A stretch of DNA of 64,000 bases from a virus (lineage: Duplodnaviria > Heunggongvirae > Uroviricota > Caudoviricetes), in IMG/VR virus record IMGVR_UViG_2799113139_000004; one strand, 5' to 3'. Position numbers and translations under genes: made by a program. The notes under the pieces were generated by a model, which worked only from the letters and a program-made list of their open reading frames with translations, was not told where the DNA came from and searched no databases. Of the stretch, positions 55,446 to 63,990 are shown in pieces. Position 1 is the stretch's first letter. The number at the start of each line of letters is the position of its first letter.

Positions 55446-56645
55446 ATGCCTGACCTATCGTTTACCATCGACCGAGATGCGTTCTCAGAGGCCGTAACCT
55501 GGGCTGCACGCGTCATTCCGAGCAAGCCGCAGCAGCCGATCCTTGCGGGCATGCTCGTCAACGGCGCAGACGATGCGCTGACCATCAGTAGCTTCGATCT
55601 CGACGTCAGCGCGGAGGTCGGCCTGTCCGACGCTACCGAGATGACGTCGGGTAGCTCTCTGGTCAGTGGCCGGCTACTGGCGACGATCGCCAAGGTATTG
55701 CCGCGCAAGCCCGTCCACTGGCACGACAAGGGCACATCGGTCGCGATCCAGTGCGGAAAGGCCGACTTCAGCTTGCCGACGATGCTCGCCGACCAGTACC
55801 CGGTCCTACCCATTCTGCCTGCCGACATGGGCCGTGTGAACGCCGAAGACTTCAGCCGGGCGGTCGCTCAGGTGATTGGAGCGGCCAGCACTGACGAGGC
55901 CAGGCCGGGAACCATGTGCGTCAACCTGGAGGTCACCAGTACCTCGACGCTGACCCTGACCACCACCAACGGACACCGAATCGCCATGCGCGAGATCAAC
56001 TGGTTGCCGCTCATCGACGATGACGCGGTGCCGGTCGGCCAGCGCCTTCTCATCCCGACGCGTGCACTCAACGAGATCGGCCGGCTTGGCGACGACGACG
56101 TATATCTGGCTTTCAGTGGGTCCGGCGAAGACGCGAATCTTCTTGGTATCCATGGCGGTCAGCGCCGCATGACTTCGCGACTCGTTGACGACAAGTTCCC
56201 CGACTGCCGGAGCGTAATGCCGAAGGAGTACAACGCGACGGCCGCGATCGTCATCCCCGACGTCATCGAGGCCGTCAGCCGCGCGCTGACCGTGACCGGT
56301 ACGTCATCCGAGAACCATCCACGCATGCGCCTGACGTTCGATGACGACGCGCTGACGGTGTACGCCAGCACGTCGATCGGTACCGTCAACGAGAGTCTTG
56401 ACGCCGAGCTGACCGGCGACGCCATCACCCTATGGCTGAACCCGGTGTACTTCATGGACAGCCTGAACTCACTCAACACCGACAAGGCGACCATCGGTCT
56501 ACGCGAGGGCATCAGGGGATTGATGCTCGCGCCCGGTGTCGTCAGCGCGGATGATCTGATCGCGAACCCGCTCGTCGGTCAGCGTCTTCAGATGATCCAA
56601 CCCATCCGGCACCAGGAGCCGGTCACAAGCCCCGCTGGCGGTTGA
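55446..56645 (+). CDS. dnaN: DNA polymerase III beta sliding clamp (DnaN-like)
   Basis: 399 aa, three-domain length. The N-terminus (LSFTIDRDAFSEAVTWAARVIPSKPQQPILAGMLV) is typical of DnaN. Confidence 0.7.
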   Translation: MPDLSFTIDRDAFSEAVTWAARVIPSKPQQPILAGMLVNGADDALTISSFDLDVSAEVGLSDATEMTSGSSLVSGRLLATIAKVLPRKPVHWHDKGTSVAIQCGKADFSLPTMLADQYPVLPILPADMGRVNAEDFSRAVAQVIGAASTDEARPGTMCVNLEVTSTSTLTLTTTNGHRIAMREINWLPLIDDDAVPVGQRLLIPTRALNEIGRLGDDDVYLAFSGSGEDANLLGIHGGQRRMTSRLVDDKFPDCRSVMPKEYNATAAIVIPDVIEAVSRALTVTGTSSENHPRMRLTFDDDALTVYASTSIGTVNESLDAELTGDAITLWLNPVYFMDSLNSLNTDKATIGLREGIRGLMLAPGVVSADDLIANPLVGQRLQMIQPIRHQEPVTSPAGG

Positions 56646-56719
56646 AGCCCAACCGTCGTCCGCGCGAAGAATCTTCGGGGGTTCCGAGCGCGTGAGGCTC
56701 CCGCCAGTGGGTCAAACAG

Positions 56720-56766
56720 AAGCGCCCCCAACCGCATTCAGTTGCGGTTGGGGGCGCTCTTTTGCG
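56720..56766. terminator. Bidirectional rho-independent terminator
   Basis: AGCGCCCCCAACCGC-loop-GCGGTTGGGGGCGCT hairpin followed by CTTTTG, between convergent gene blocks. Confidence 0.7.
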
Positions 56767-56940
56767 TTGCTCAGTTGAATGTGTGAACTTCGACGTCTAC
56801 GAAGTCGAGATAGGCGACCCATTCGCCATCGACTATCGCGACTAGATTGCCAACCGCATTCGTCCCTAGCTGAGCGTTCGGCCATCGGCTCAGCGTCTCT
56901 GTAATCAGTTGTTGCAACTCAATCCCGGAAATGAGCCGCA

Positions 56941-57159
56941 TCAGTCGGCGCTCGGTGTGTAGTTGTCCATCCAGCCATCCTGGACACCCTCGGCGTACGC
57001 GTGGGCCGCCTCTGGCCAGCCGTCATGCCTCTTGGGTCCAGGATCAGCGGCCCAGCGATGGGGGATAGACACCGCACCAGGGAACTTGTCTCGATACAGC
57101 GCCCTCTTCTTGCCGACCTCGTACCCCTCGACGTACGGCTCACTTTGCTTGTTAGTCAT
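56941..57159 (-). CDS. Hypothetical protein
   Basis: 72 aa; start overlaps the stop of the upstream ADP-ribosylglycohydrolase gene on the minus strand. Confidence 0.4.
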   Translation of the reverse strand: MTNKQSEPYVEGYEVGKKRALYRDKFPGAVSIPHRWAADPGPKRHDGWPEAAHAYAEGVQDGWMDNYTPSAD

Positions 57160-58181
57160 CAGAACTCATACCCTTCTGCTTCCAGGATCTCTTGCTGGTA
57201 GCGCGGTTCGAGCCGCGCGAACCACTCGGCAGGCCACGGGTCATCGTGAATAGCACCGAGAATGGAGCCAGCGACAGCAGCGATCGAATCGCTGTCACCG
57301 TTGGTCACGGTCGCGCGACGCAGCGCCGCAATGGGGTCATCAGGAAACAGGTCAGCGCACAGCAGCGCGGTCGAGAGTGCGTGTTGCGCACGCCAACCTT
57401 CGCCCGCCAGTTCGCATGGGTCAAAGCTCCATGGGTCCAGTTCGGACCGTCGAATGGTGTTGAGCGCGATGTCAGCATCGACCAGAGCGTCAGCGATCGC
57501 GAGTAGCCCGCGCGTGATGAACCGACGTACACCGTCCTCGTAAGCGGGACCGTAGTAGTCGGCGTTCTCACCGATCCATTCGTCCAGTCCGGTCAGAAGC
57601 GAATCGTCGGCATCGTTGATCGCGTCGAGTGTCATCCCAAGCGCGAACGCGACTGCCTCACCCGGTGCTGGCCTCATGCGAATGAGGGCAGCAGCGACAA
57701 GAGATGCAGCGACACCCGATGCCTTGCCGTGAGTCGAAATCGCCTGCCACGCAGCGATTCCCTGCCAGCTCTTCGGATCACTGGTGAACGCAGCAGGACT
57801 GACGCGCATAACGGTTCCGCAACCGTCCGAACCTTCAACTGAAGCGTCGAGCCAGTCGATGCCAGCCTTCATCGCACCGATGGCGCGCATGCACGTGTTG
57901 CCAGGTGCGCGATTGTTGTCCGGGTCACTGAACCATTCGATCCACTCAGCGATGACGTCTTCGCGAATCTCGCTGTCGGTCTTGTTGCCTGCATCGTTGA
58001 GCGCACGCGCGAGCGCGAGTGTCATCTGAGTGTCGTCGCTGATGACCAGCTTCTCGGGAAGATTCGGCCCGAGGGGGCTACCCTTCGTCAGCTCGGCATA
58101 GCTTCTGAACTCGTTCTTGTACCCCCACGCGTCGCCATAGGCGACACCGCGGAGCACGTTCGACCATTTGCGCTTGTCCAT
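57159..58181 (-). CDS. ADP-ribosylglycohydrolase (ARH/DraG family)
   Basis: GVAYGDAWGY and ISDDTQMTLA match ADP-ribosylglycohydrolase family signatures; 340 aa. Confidence 0.75.
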   Translation of the reverse strand: MDKRKWSNVLRGVAYGDAWGYKNEFRSYAELTKGSPLGPNLPEKLVISDDTQMTLALARALNDAGNKTDSEIREDVIAEWIEWFSDPDNNRAPGNTCMRAIGAMKAGIDWLDASVEGSDGCGTVMRVSPAAFTSDPKSWQGIAAWQAISTHGKASGVAASLVAAALIRMRPAPGEAVAFALGMTLDAINDADDSLLTGLDEWIGENADYYGPAYEDGVRRFITRGLLAIADALVDADIALNTIRRSELDPWSFDPCELAGEGWRAQHALSTALLCADLFPDDPIAALRRATVTNGDSDSIAAVAGSILGAIHDDPWPAEWFARLEPRYQQEILEAEGYEF

Positions 58182-58196
58182 GAGTGTCCTTTCGAT

Positions 58197-58331
58197 TCAG
58201 TCGGAGCAACGCTCTTCGTCGCTGTGCCAGTAGTCGCCACCGGTCACGTAGTACTCACCGTTGATGTAGATCTTTCGATGCACGTACTCACAGACGTGAC
58301 CGTGTGAGCAGCGACGCTCGTTGCCGCTCAT
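58197..58331 (-). CDS. Small Cys/His-rich protein (44 aa; not in ORF track)
   Basis: Reverse-strand ATG at 58331, TGA at 58197. Product MSGNERRCSHGHVCEYVHRKIYINGEYYVTGGDYWHSDEERCSD. Coupled by ATGA overlap to the gene upstream on the minus strand. Confidence 0.4.
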   Translation of the reverse strand: MSGNERRCSHGHVCEYVHRKIYINGEYYVTGGDYWHSDEERCSD

Positions 58332-58531
58332 GCTTCGATCCTCGAAAGACCGACCGCGCGGCAGGTTGCGAGGTCGAGCACACTCCCGCGGAAGAGCTGC
58401 ATGATCATGCAGTCGATCATTTTCTGGTTGTAGTTCTTCAGGAACTTGGTCGGCATCTGCGCCTGACGTCCGTCGGTCGCAGTGACGACGGTCATCTCCA
58501 GTCCGATGGTGTCAAGATCGCTGTTACGCAT
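58328..58531 (-). CDS. Hypothetical protein
   Basis: 67 aa; first gene of the minus-strand cassette downstream of the operator region. Confidence 0.45.
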   Translation of the reverse strand: MRNSDLDTIGLEMTVVTATDGRQAQMPTKFLKNYNQKMIDCMIMQLFRGSVLDLATCRAVGLSRIEA

Positions 58532-58545
58532 GGCATTCCCGCTTT

Positions 58546-58648
58546 CACTAGTAGAACTGTCTACTACTCTAGCAGACTAGTAGACATGTCTACTAGGTGG
58601 TTGCGAGAATGACCTGCAGGTTCGTTGCTCCTTAGTAGACACGCCTAC
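58546..58648. promoter_or_regulatory. Operator cluster: TAGTAGAACTGTCTACTA, perfect palindrome CTAGTAGACATGTCTACTAG, and TAGTAGACACGCCTAC
   Basis: Three copies of the TAGTAGAC..GTCTACTA motif in a divergent intergenic region (58532-58690). Confidence 0.6.
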
Positions 58649-58690
58649 CGATCGCGGAACTAGACTGAGAGGCGAGATCTGGAGGACACT

Positions 58691-59065
58691 ATGACGATGG
58701 CGGCATCCCCACCGACGAACGCAACAGCCTGGTTGCGTGACAATGGCATCGAACTATCGCGCCCAATGCAGGCGCGCTTCACTGACGCATTCAACGACCT
58801 TGTAGAGCGCTACACCGAGCAGTCTGAGCGGCCAATGCGCGACGCGTCGATCATGGCCGCAGCGCGCTATCTGGCCGGTGAACTGACGCTCGAAGAGGCC
58901 GGCAGTGCGCTGGAGAAGGTCAGAGCGAAGGCCGAGGTCGCGATGGCAGTCACCCGCATCGTGACGCTGCTGTCGCTCGACGATGATTCCGTGAGTGAGT
59001 ACGGCGCGCAGCGTGCGGCCCGCGTGGATCGTATGACGATACGCAAATGGCAGGGCAAGCGATGA
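58691..59065 (+). CDS. Hypothetical protein with C-terminal Xis-like HTH
   Basis: ARVDRMTIRKWQGK resembles the HTH of the 21100 and 1378 genes; divergent from the minus-strand cassette. Confidence 0.45.
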   Translation: MTMAASPPTNATAWLRDNGIELSRPMQARFTDAFNDLVERYTEQSERPMRDASIMAAARYLAGELTLEEAGSALEKVRAKAEVAMAVTRIVTLLSLDDDSVSEYGAQRAARVDRMTIRKWQGKR

Positions 59066-59337
59066 CCGAGATCGGTATCACCGACATCTGCAAGTGTGGT
59101 CACGATCTGGTCAGTCACGATCTGGGCGACCCACACCATCGAGCCGGCGCATGCGCTGGCCATGAACTCGATGGCCCGTGCGAGTGCAGCCATTACCGCG
59201 AGGTCTGCCGGTGCGCCGAGTGTGACGCCGACGAACTGGACACGGATACGGTCGTGGTTGTTCCGTTCTCGCTCATCACGCTCGCGCTCGGTACCTTCGT
59301 CGGCATCTTCATCGGTGCGTTGCTCAGAAGGCGATAA
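59062..59337 (+). CDS. Cys/His-rich membrane-anchored protein
   Basis: ATGA overlap; CKCGHDLVSHD ... CECSHYREVCRCAEC, then a C-terminal TM (VVVVPFSLITLALGTFVGIFIGALL). Confidence 0.45.
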   Translation: MTEIGITDICKCGHDLVSHDLGDPHHRAGACAGHELDGPCECSHYREVCRCAECDADELDTDTVVVVPFSLITLALGTFVGIFIGALLRRR

Positions 59338-59343
59338 GAAAAC

Positions 59344-59496
59344 ATGAGCGTGGGCGGGCAACCGGCTTGGCCCTGCGCGACCTGCGGAGGTCTAATGACC
59401 GTCAAGGGCAACTACGCGTACAACAGCAAGGATGAACCTGTTCACAACACCGTTTGGTGTTCTGACCTAGTTTCCGAGCTTTATGCGCCACAGTGA
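59344..59496 (+). CDS. Small zinc-ribbon protein (50 aa; not in ORF track)
   Basis: Product MSVGGQPAWPCATCGGLMTVKGNYAYNSKDEPVHNTVWCSDLVSELYAPQ; followed by a terminator. Confidence 0.4.
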   Translation: MSVGGQPAWPCATCGGLMTVKGNYAYNSKDEPVHNTVWCSDLVSELYAPQ

Positions 59497-59512
59497 CGAA
59501 ATACGTTGATAC

Positions 59513-59555
59513 AGAAGCACCCCCGAGAATTTATCTCGGGGGTGCTTCTTCGTTT
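59513..59555. terminator. Bidirectional rho-independent terminator
   Basis: GAAGCACCCCCGAGA-loop-TCTCGGGGGTGCTTC followed by TTCGTTT; sits between convergent genes. Confidence 0.7.
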
Positions 59556-59563
59556 GGTGACTG

Positions 59564-60997
59564 TTACACGTCCGCGTGTAGACGGTAGTACGAGTCATCA
59601 TCATTGAGATCCTTGACCTTGGTGCTGTTCAGGGTCTCTCGGATGACGTCCTGGATCTGATCGTCGATCGAGAAGCCGGTCTCACCTTCGTCAGCTTCGT
59701 ACTGAGCACGAAGCTGGTTGTGTAGTGAGATCGCAGCGCCGACCAGATCGGAGGTGTCGAGCTTGTAGTCAACACCGCCACCCAGACGCCCGATGGCGTA
59801 CGTCTTAGCCCGCTCCAGAGCCTCGCGCACGAACGCCGGGTAGAAGCCGACCGCTTCACCGTTCACGTTGATCGTCATGGCCTCGTAAACCTTGTCGTAG
59901 TCAACGTCATCGGCCAGGCGGTTCGGAGCGACCACGGCGCGCACCAGGCGCTCAGTGCCGTTGCGATCCAGCGCGGCGACCTCCACGACAGCATCGATGC
60001 GACCAGGGCGAAGCATGCCCTTGTGGATTCGCTCGAAGTGGTTGGTCGTCATCAGAAGCGCCAGCTCGGAACCCTTCGACGTCACGCCGTCGAACGACTC
60101 CAGCAGCTTGGACACCTCATCCGAGTCGCCGGTAGACGCCTGGTTGTCCACGTCCTCGATGAACACCACCGCGGGCTGGTACAGCTTGGCCGTCTTCAGG
60201 ACCTCGTTGATGTTGTCACCAGGACGCGACGCGATGAACGTCCAGCCGCTCGCAACCGCTTCGAGCGCGGTCAACTGACCAGCGGAGGTCTTTCCGGTGC
60301 CGTACGGGCCTTCCAGCAGCAGCGCGCGCTTGATACGCACACCTTCGCTCTTGAGCACTTCACGGTGACGGATGACCGACCACAGGGTGCCCTCCAAGGT
60401 GCTCATCACCTCGTCGGAGAAGACGATCTCCTCGGGTTTGACGCTCGACAGGTTCAGGAACTCTGGTTCCTCGGTGCCGACGATCGCCTGACCGCGATAG
60501 ATCGAGTTCGTCTTCAGCTCTTGACCGATGGCGTCCAGGAACTCAACCGCCTTGGGAGAGTTCTTCTTTGCTGTGATCACGCTGATGTACGCGATCATCC
60601 CGTGCTCGCGATCCCGTGTGCCAGACACCATGATGACGCCACCATCGCCGAGCGACGGGACATACACCCGACCCCAGGGGACCTCCAGTGTTTCGGTGGC
60701 AGAGATCTGCACCGTGCGCGTCTCCGGTGGCTCCGGCGGTGAGAAGAAGCCGCCCGGAGTTGGCATGCCGATGGTGATACCGAACATGCGCTTCATAACG
60801 CGCTGCGCTGCCACCGCCCCATCGAACGGACGGAACTGGTAGGTCCGCTTCTTCTCCATCATCGTCTCGGCCTCATCCTGCATTCGCTGCAAGATGTCCT
60901 TGGCGCGACCGTAAGTGATGTTGCGCGGCAACACAATATCGGTCTTATCGTGGAAAGTGACCTCATCACCGGTGATGATCTCGTCGTCCTTCATGGT
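59564..60997 (-). CDS. AAA+ ATPase (classic AAA clade) with N-terminal domain of unknown function
   Basis: Walker A (GPYGTGKT), Walker B (VVFIEDVD), SRH/arginine finger (TTNHFERIHKGMLRPGRID). Start at the internal Met with SD (gagaaagagagaacc ATG). The ORF track extends to 61153. Confidence 0.7.
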   Translation of the reverse strand, partial: TMKDDEIITGDEVTFHDKTDIVLPRNITYGRAKDILQRMQDEAETMMEKKRTYQFRPFDGAVAAQRVMKRMFGITIGMPTPGGFFSPPEPPETRTVQISATETLEVPWGRVYVPSLGDGGVIMVSGTRDREHGMIAYISVITAKKNSPKAVEFLDAIGQELKTNSIYRGQAIVGTEEPEFLNLSSVKPEEIVFSDEVMSTLEGTLWSVIRHREVLKSEGVRIKRALLLEGPYGTGKTSAGQLTALEAVASGWTFIASRPGDNINEVLKTAKLYQPAVVFIEDVDNQASTGDSDEVSKLLESFDGVTSKGSELALLMTTNHFERIHKGMLRPGRIDAVVEVAALDRNGTERLVRAVVAPNRLADDVDYDKVYEAMTINVNGEAVGFYPAFVREALERAKTYAIGRLGGGVDYKLDTSDLVGAAISLHNQLRAQYEADEGETGFSIDDQIQDVIRETLNSTKVKDLNDDDSYYRLHADV

Positions 60998-61237
60998 TCT
61001 CTCTTTCTCTATTCCGCTGGATATCTGTTGTTGGTCGGCACCCCCACCCGCCATGGTTTCCAGGTGGGGGTGCCGTGCCGAACTGACCTGGGAGATCGTC
61101 AGATCAGTCGGCGAATGTTGATGTCGTGAGCCAGACAGGAGTCCCGCGCCCAATGATCACTTTGCGCGCTAGCTCGCGTCCTTACCGTGATCGCGACCAA
61201 CGTAATCACATTCGCGACAAGCGAATTCGAGGGGACC

Positions 61238-61269
61238 AGGTGGTCGAGATTGCTCCCGACCACCTGGCG
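61238..61269. promoter_or_regulatory. Perfect inverted repeat CCAGGTGGTCG-N10-CGACCACCTGG
   Basis: 11-bp arms; lies just past the stop of the minus-strand 61274-61465 gene. Confidence 0.35.
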
Positions 61270-61273
61270 TCTG

Positions 61274-61465
61274 CTAGTTGGTCAGCAGATCTTCGCCTTG
61301 CTCGATTTGCTCAAGCTCTGTCTCCAGTCGTTGCACCTCGGCAACGAGAGCACGAAGCTCGCGTTTGCGATTTGCAATCTTCTGGGTGACGACTCTGCGC
61401 CGCTGGCGCAGAGTAGCAAGAGCCTCGTCGCGGCTCATCCCCTCGGGAAGTTGAATCATGTTCAC
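61274..61465 (-). CDS. Small coiled-coil protein
   Basis: 63 aa; start GGAGG SD-like (aggaggtgaac ATG on the minus strand). Confidence 0.45.
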   Translation of the reverse strand: MNMIQLPEGMSRDEALATLRQRRRVVTQKIANRKRELRALVAEVQRLETELEQIEQGEDLLTN

Positions 61466-61534
61466 CTCCTTCTGTTTCCGCTAGTCGTTGTTGTGATTGA
61501 CACCTTGTCGGTGTCGTCTTCGACAGTAGCACAG

Positions 61535-61652
61535 CTAGTAGACAAGTCTACTGGTTTGACGAGTATTTCTATGAACTAGTGATAAATGGTACGTCTACTG
61601 CTGGACCTATGCGGCAGGTTTCAGCAGATAGTAGACTGATCTACCATCTACC
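61535..61652. promoter_or_regulatory. Operator cluster: CTAGTAGACAAGTCTACTGG, GTCTACTG half-site, and TAGTAGACTGATCTAC
   Basis: Same motif family as at 58546-58648 and 12971-12988; divergent intergenic region 61466-61671. Confidence 0.55.
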
Positions 61653-61671
61653 CCGAGAGAAGGAGGACGAC

Positions 61672-61863
61672 ATGTCCGAGATCATTCGTTTGCGTGACGA
61701 TGACGGTGACCAGCTCGTCGTTGAGCACGAAGGCAAGGCCCAGCACTTCACGTTTCGAGTGGTGGACCCGGACGGTAATCACATGGCCGCCTACGTGCCC
61801 TATGCCGACGCGGCCGCGCTGGTGACGACGATCAGCGAGACCTTGACGGAGGCGGTGGGGTGA
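61672..61863 (+). CDS. Hypothetical protein
   Basis: ATG with a strong SD (gagaaggaggacgac ATG); 63 aa. Confidence 0.5.
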   Translation: MSEIIRLRDDDGDQLVVEHEGKAQHFTFRVVDPDGNHMAAYVPYADAAALVTTISETLTEAVG

Positions 61864-62132
61864 GTGCCGCCAGACTTGCTGCCAAACTCGCCGAAGAGCT
61901 GGGCTACAACTACCAAGTCATCATCACCCCGCAGGGCTGGATCGACATTCGGATGGATTGCAAGATCACGTTGTCAGATGAACTCGACTTCGCTCGTATC
62001 ATCCCCGAAGACAATCAGTATCGTCTTGTGCATCTGATCCACAACGAGATCAGCAGAGGTGAAGCAACATTCAGCGGATCTATGATCGCCTATCTACCAG
62101 GCGTGGTGCGCGCGATGATTAGCGCGAGTTGA
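61860..62132 (+). CDS. Hypothetical protein
   Basis: GTG overlap; 90 aa. Confidence 0.4.
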   Translation: MSAARLAAKLAEELGYNYQVIITPQGWIDIRMDCKITLSDELDFARIIPEDNQYRLVHLIHNEISRGEATFSGSMIAYLPGVVRAMISAS

Positions 62133-62466
62133 CACTTTTCACCGCGGCATCGATCCGATCGACGCGCGTCGGACAGACATAGCGCATTCCCATGCGCAGC
62201 CCGTCGAGATTGTCCATCGTGCCGTTGTCGTGCGCGATCGCGACTTGCATATTCAGTTCGTCGTCACTGTCGTCACACGTGTCAGCGATCAGCTTGTAGA
62301 TGCGCTCGAATGAGAACGTGCCGTCTGGATACGTCCGCTCGAAGTCGGTCTGCCAAGCCTTCTGATCGACCTTCTCGCGCGGCAAGATGGGCTCGTCGGC
62401 TGGTGCTGGCGAGCACGCGACCGCGCCGGCCACGGCCAACACTGCGACGAGACATTTCGGGGTCAT
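62119..62466 (-). CDS. Lipoprotein
   Basis: Signal peptide with lipobox (LAVAGAVACS). Confidence 0.5.
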   Translation of the reverse strand: MTPKCLVAVLAVAGAVACSPAPADEPILPREKVDQKAWQTDFERTYPDGTFSFERIYKLIADTCDDSDDELNMQVAIAHDNGTMDNLDGLRMGMRYVCPTRVDRIDAAVKSVNSR

Positions 62467-62506
62467 CAGGCGATGTTAGGCCGTCCGAGACGAAACGGGG
62501 AACGAA

Positions 62507-63271
62507 TCAGGCTGCGCTGCCCTCGGGCCAGCCAGGGTCGTTCGGCAGTGTGGGTGGCGGGTCGGTTCGGATGTATGGCTTGGGCCAGTTGTCGGGGGTG
62601 CCGGGTGCGAGCTTGTTGCACTGTGGCAGATCGATCGCCGCAATGTCTACATGGGTGAGCACCCAGGTTCCGAACACATTGTCCACGGGCTGCTTGGCCG
62701 GGCCCCGTTGGTTTGACATCGGCGAATGCTGCTGCTCCGCAGGTAATTTCGGGTCTGGACCGAAGGTGAACCATTGGGCGTGCCCTAAGGATTGTGAACC
62801 ACTGCTCTCGTACGTTCCATCCGGTAACTTCCCGGCTGTCAATGAGCCGTACTCACAAACCCCGGCCGTGAACTGATCGCCGTCGCGGCGAAGCTCTACG
62901 ATCTGGGCATACCTGGTCCCGACCGTTTCATACGGGTAGCGAACAGTGCCACCGACCCCTTCGGGTCGCCATGCGTTGTTGAAAGCGTGGTCGAAGCCGG
63001 GGTACCCGCCAGCCCTTATCGCGTCCATTCCCTCGCCTGGCGCGGACTGAGCCGCGCTCCACGATTCAGTAACGGCGCGCACGAATGTGCCTTCAGGTGA
63101 CATGAGATCAGCGACCGGATTGGGAATCCACCGCGTGGTGCTGCGGTCCTTATCTTCCCAAGTGGGTGTGGGCTGCTGGGGTTTTTCGTGTGTGCACGAG
63201 GTGAGCAACGAGACGCCCAGCATTGCAGCGGCCAGTGCGACGGTTCGGGGGCTCACTTGTGGGGGTCCCAC
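62507..63271 (-). CDS. Lipoprotein
   Basis: Signal peptide with lipobox (AMLGVSLLTSC); Pro/Gly-rich mature protein. Confidence 0.5.
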   Translation of the reverse strand: MGPPQVSPRTVALAAAMLGVSLLTSCTHEKPQQPTPTWEDKDRSTTRWIPNPVADLMSPEGTFVRAVTESWSAAQSAPGEGMDAIRAGGYPGFDHAFNNAWRPEGVGGTVRYPYETVGTRYAQIVELRRDGDQFTAGVCEYGSLTAGKLPDGTYESSGSQSLGHAQWFTFGPDPKLPAEQQHSPMSNQRGPAKQPVDNVFGTWVLTHVDIAAIDLPQCNKLAPGTPDNWPKPYIRTDPPPTLPNDPGWPEGSAA

Positions 63272-63990
63272 TCCCAGTCTGGATTGCTGGCGCCCATCTG
63301 TTCCTGGGCTTTCCAGTGATCCAGGTTGACGTTGTAGTCACGCGGACCAGTGGTTTGGAACCACCTCTCCAGATCGCCCTGTGCCTTCTCGATGTCCGTC
63401 CTGTCACCGATGGTGGTGGGGTCGAAGTGTCCGCCGTTGATGTACTTGCCGACGAGCGGGTCGTCGGCAAGGCCGGGGTGGGCTTGTGCGAGTGCGTCGA
63501 GGACGCTGGCCTGGTAGGCGGTGATGTTACCGAAACTGCCTGACTGGGCGAGGTTTTGGGCGAATCCATCGGGCAGTTTCATGGCGTTGTCCATGTGCTT
63601 TTGAACGGCTTCGAGAACATCGATCCCGTCGCCTGCGCCGGGGAACTTGCTCGCCAGTTTCTTGAAAGCGTCCACGTTGTCATCGGTGATCTTGTTGTTG
63701 ACCGAATCAAGCGCCCCATCGAGCATGCCGTGGGACAGTCGTCCAGCCGCCTTGAGGTCGTAATCGCTGCCGGTGCGGGCGGCGTCGTCGAGAAGCTGCT
63801 GATGCTGTTGCTGTCCAGCTTCGTTGATGATGTCACCGGAGTAGCGGCCTTGGTCGAGGGTGGACACCATGTTTTTGAACTCATCGGCACTCTTGAATGG
63901 TTCGATGGCGGGGTCGTGCCGGTGGGTGGGGTCGGAGTCGGCGAACTGGCTCAGGTATTCGCCTTCGACTTTGGCTGTGGTTCCGGCCAT
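63253..63990 (-). CDS. Hypothetical protein
   Basis: 245-aa ORF with start at 63990; 19-nt overlap with the downstream lipoprotein gene. Confidence 0.4.
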   Translation of the reverse strand: MAGTTAKVEGEYLSQFADSDPTHRHDPAIEPFKSADEFKNMVSTLDQGRYSGDIINEAGQQQHQQLLDDAARTGSDYDLKAAGRLSHGMLDGALDSVNNKITDDNVDAFKKLASKFPGAGDGIDVLEAVQKHMDNAMKLPDGFAQNLAQSGSFGNITAYQASVLDALAQAHPGLADDPLVGKYINGGHFDPTTIGDRTDIEKAQGDLERWFQTTGPRDYNVNLDHWKAQEQMGASNPDWEWDPHK

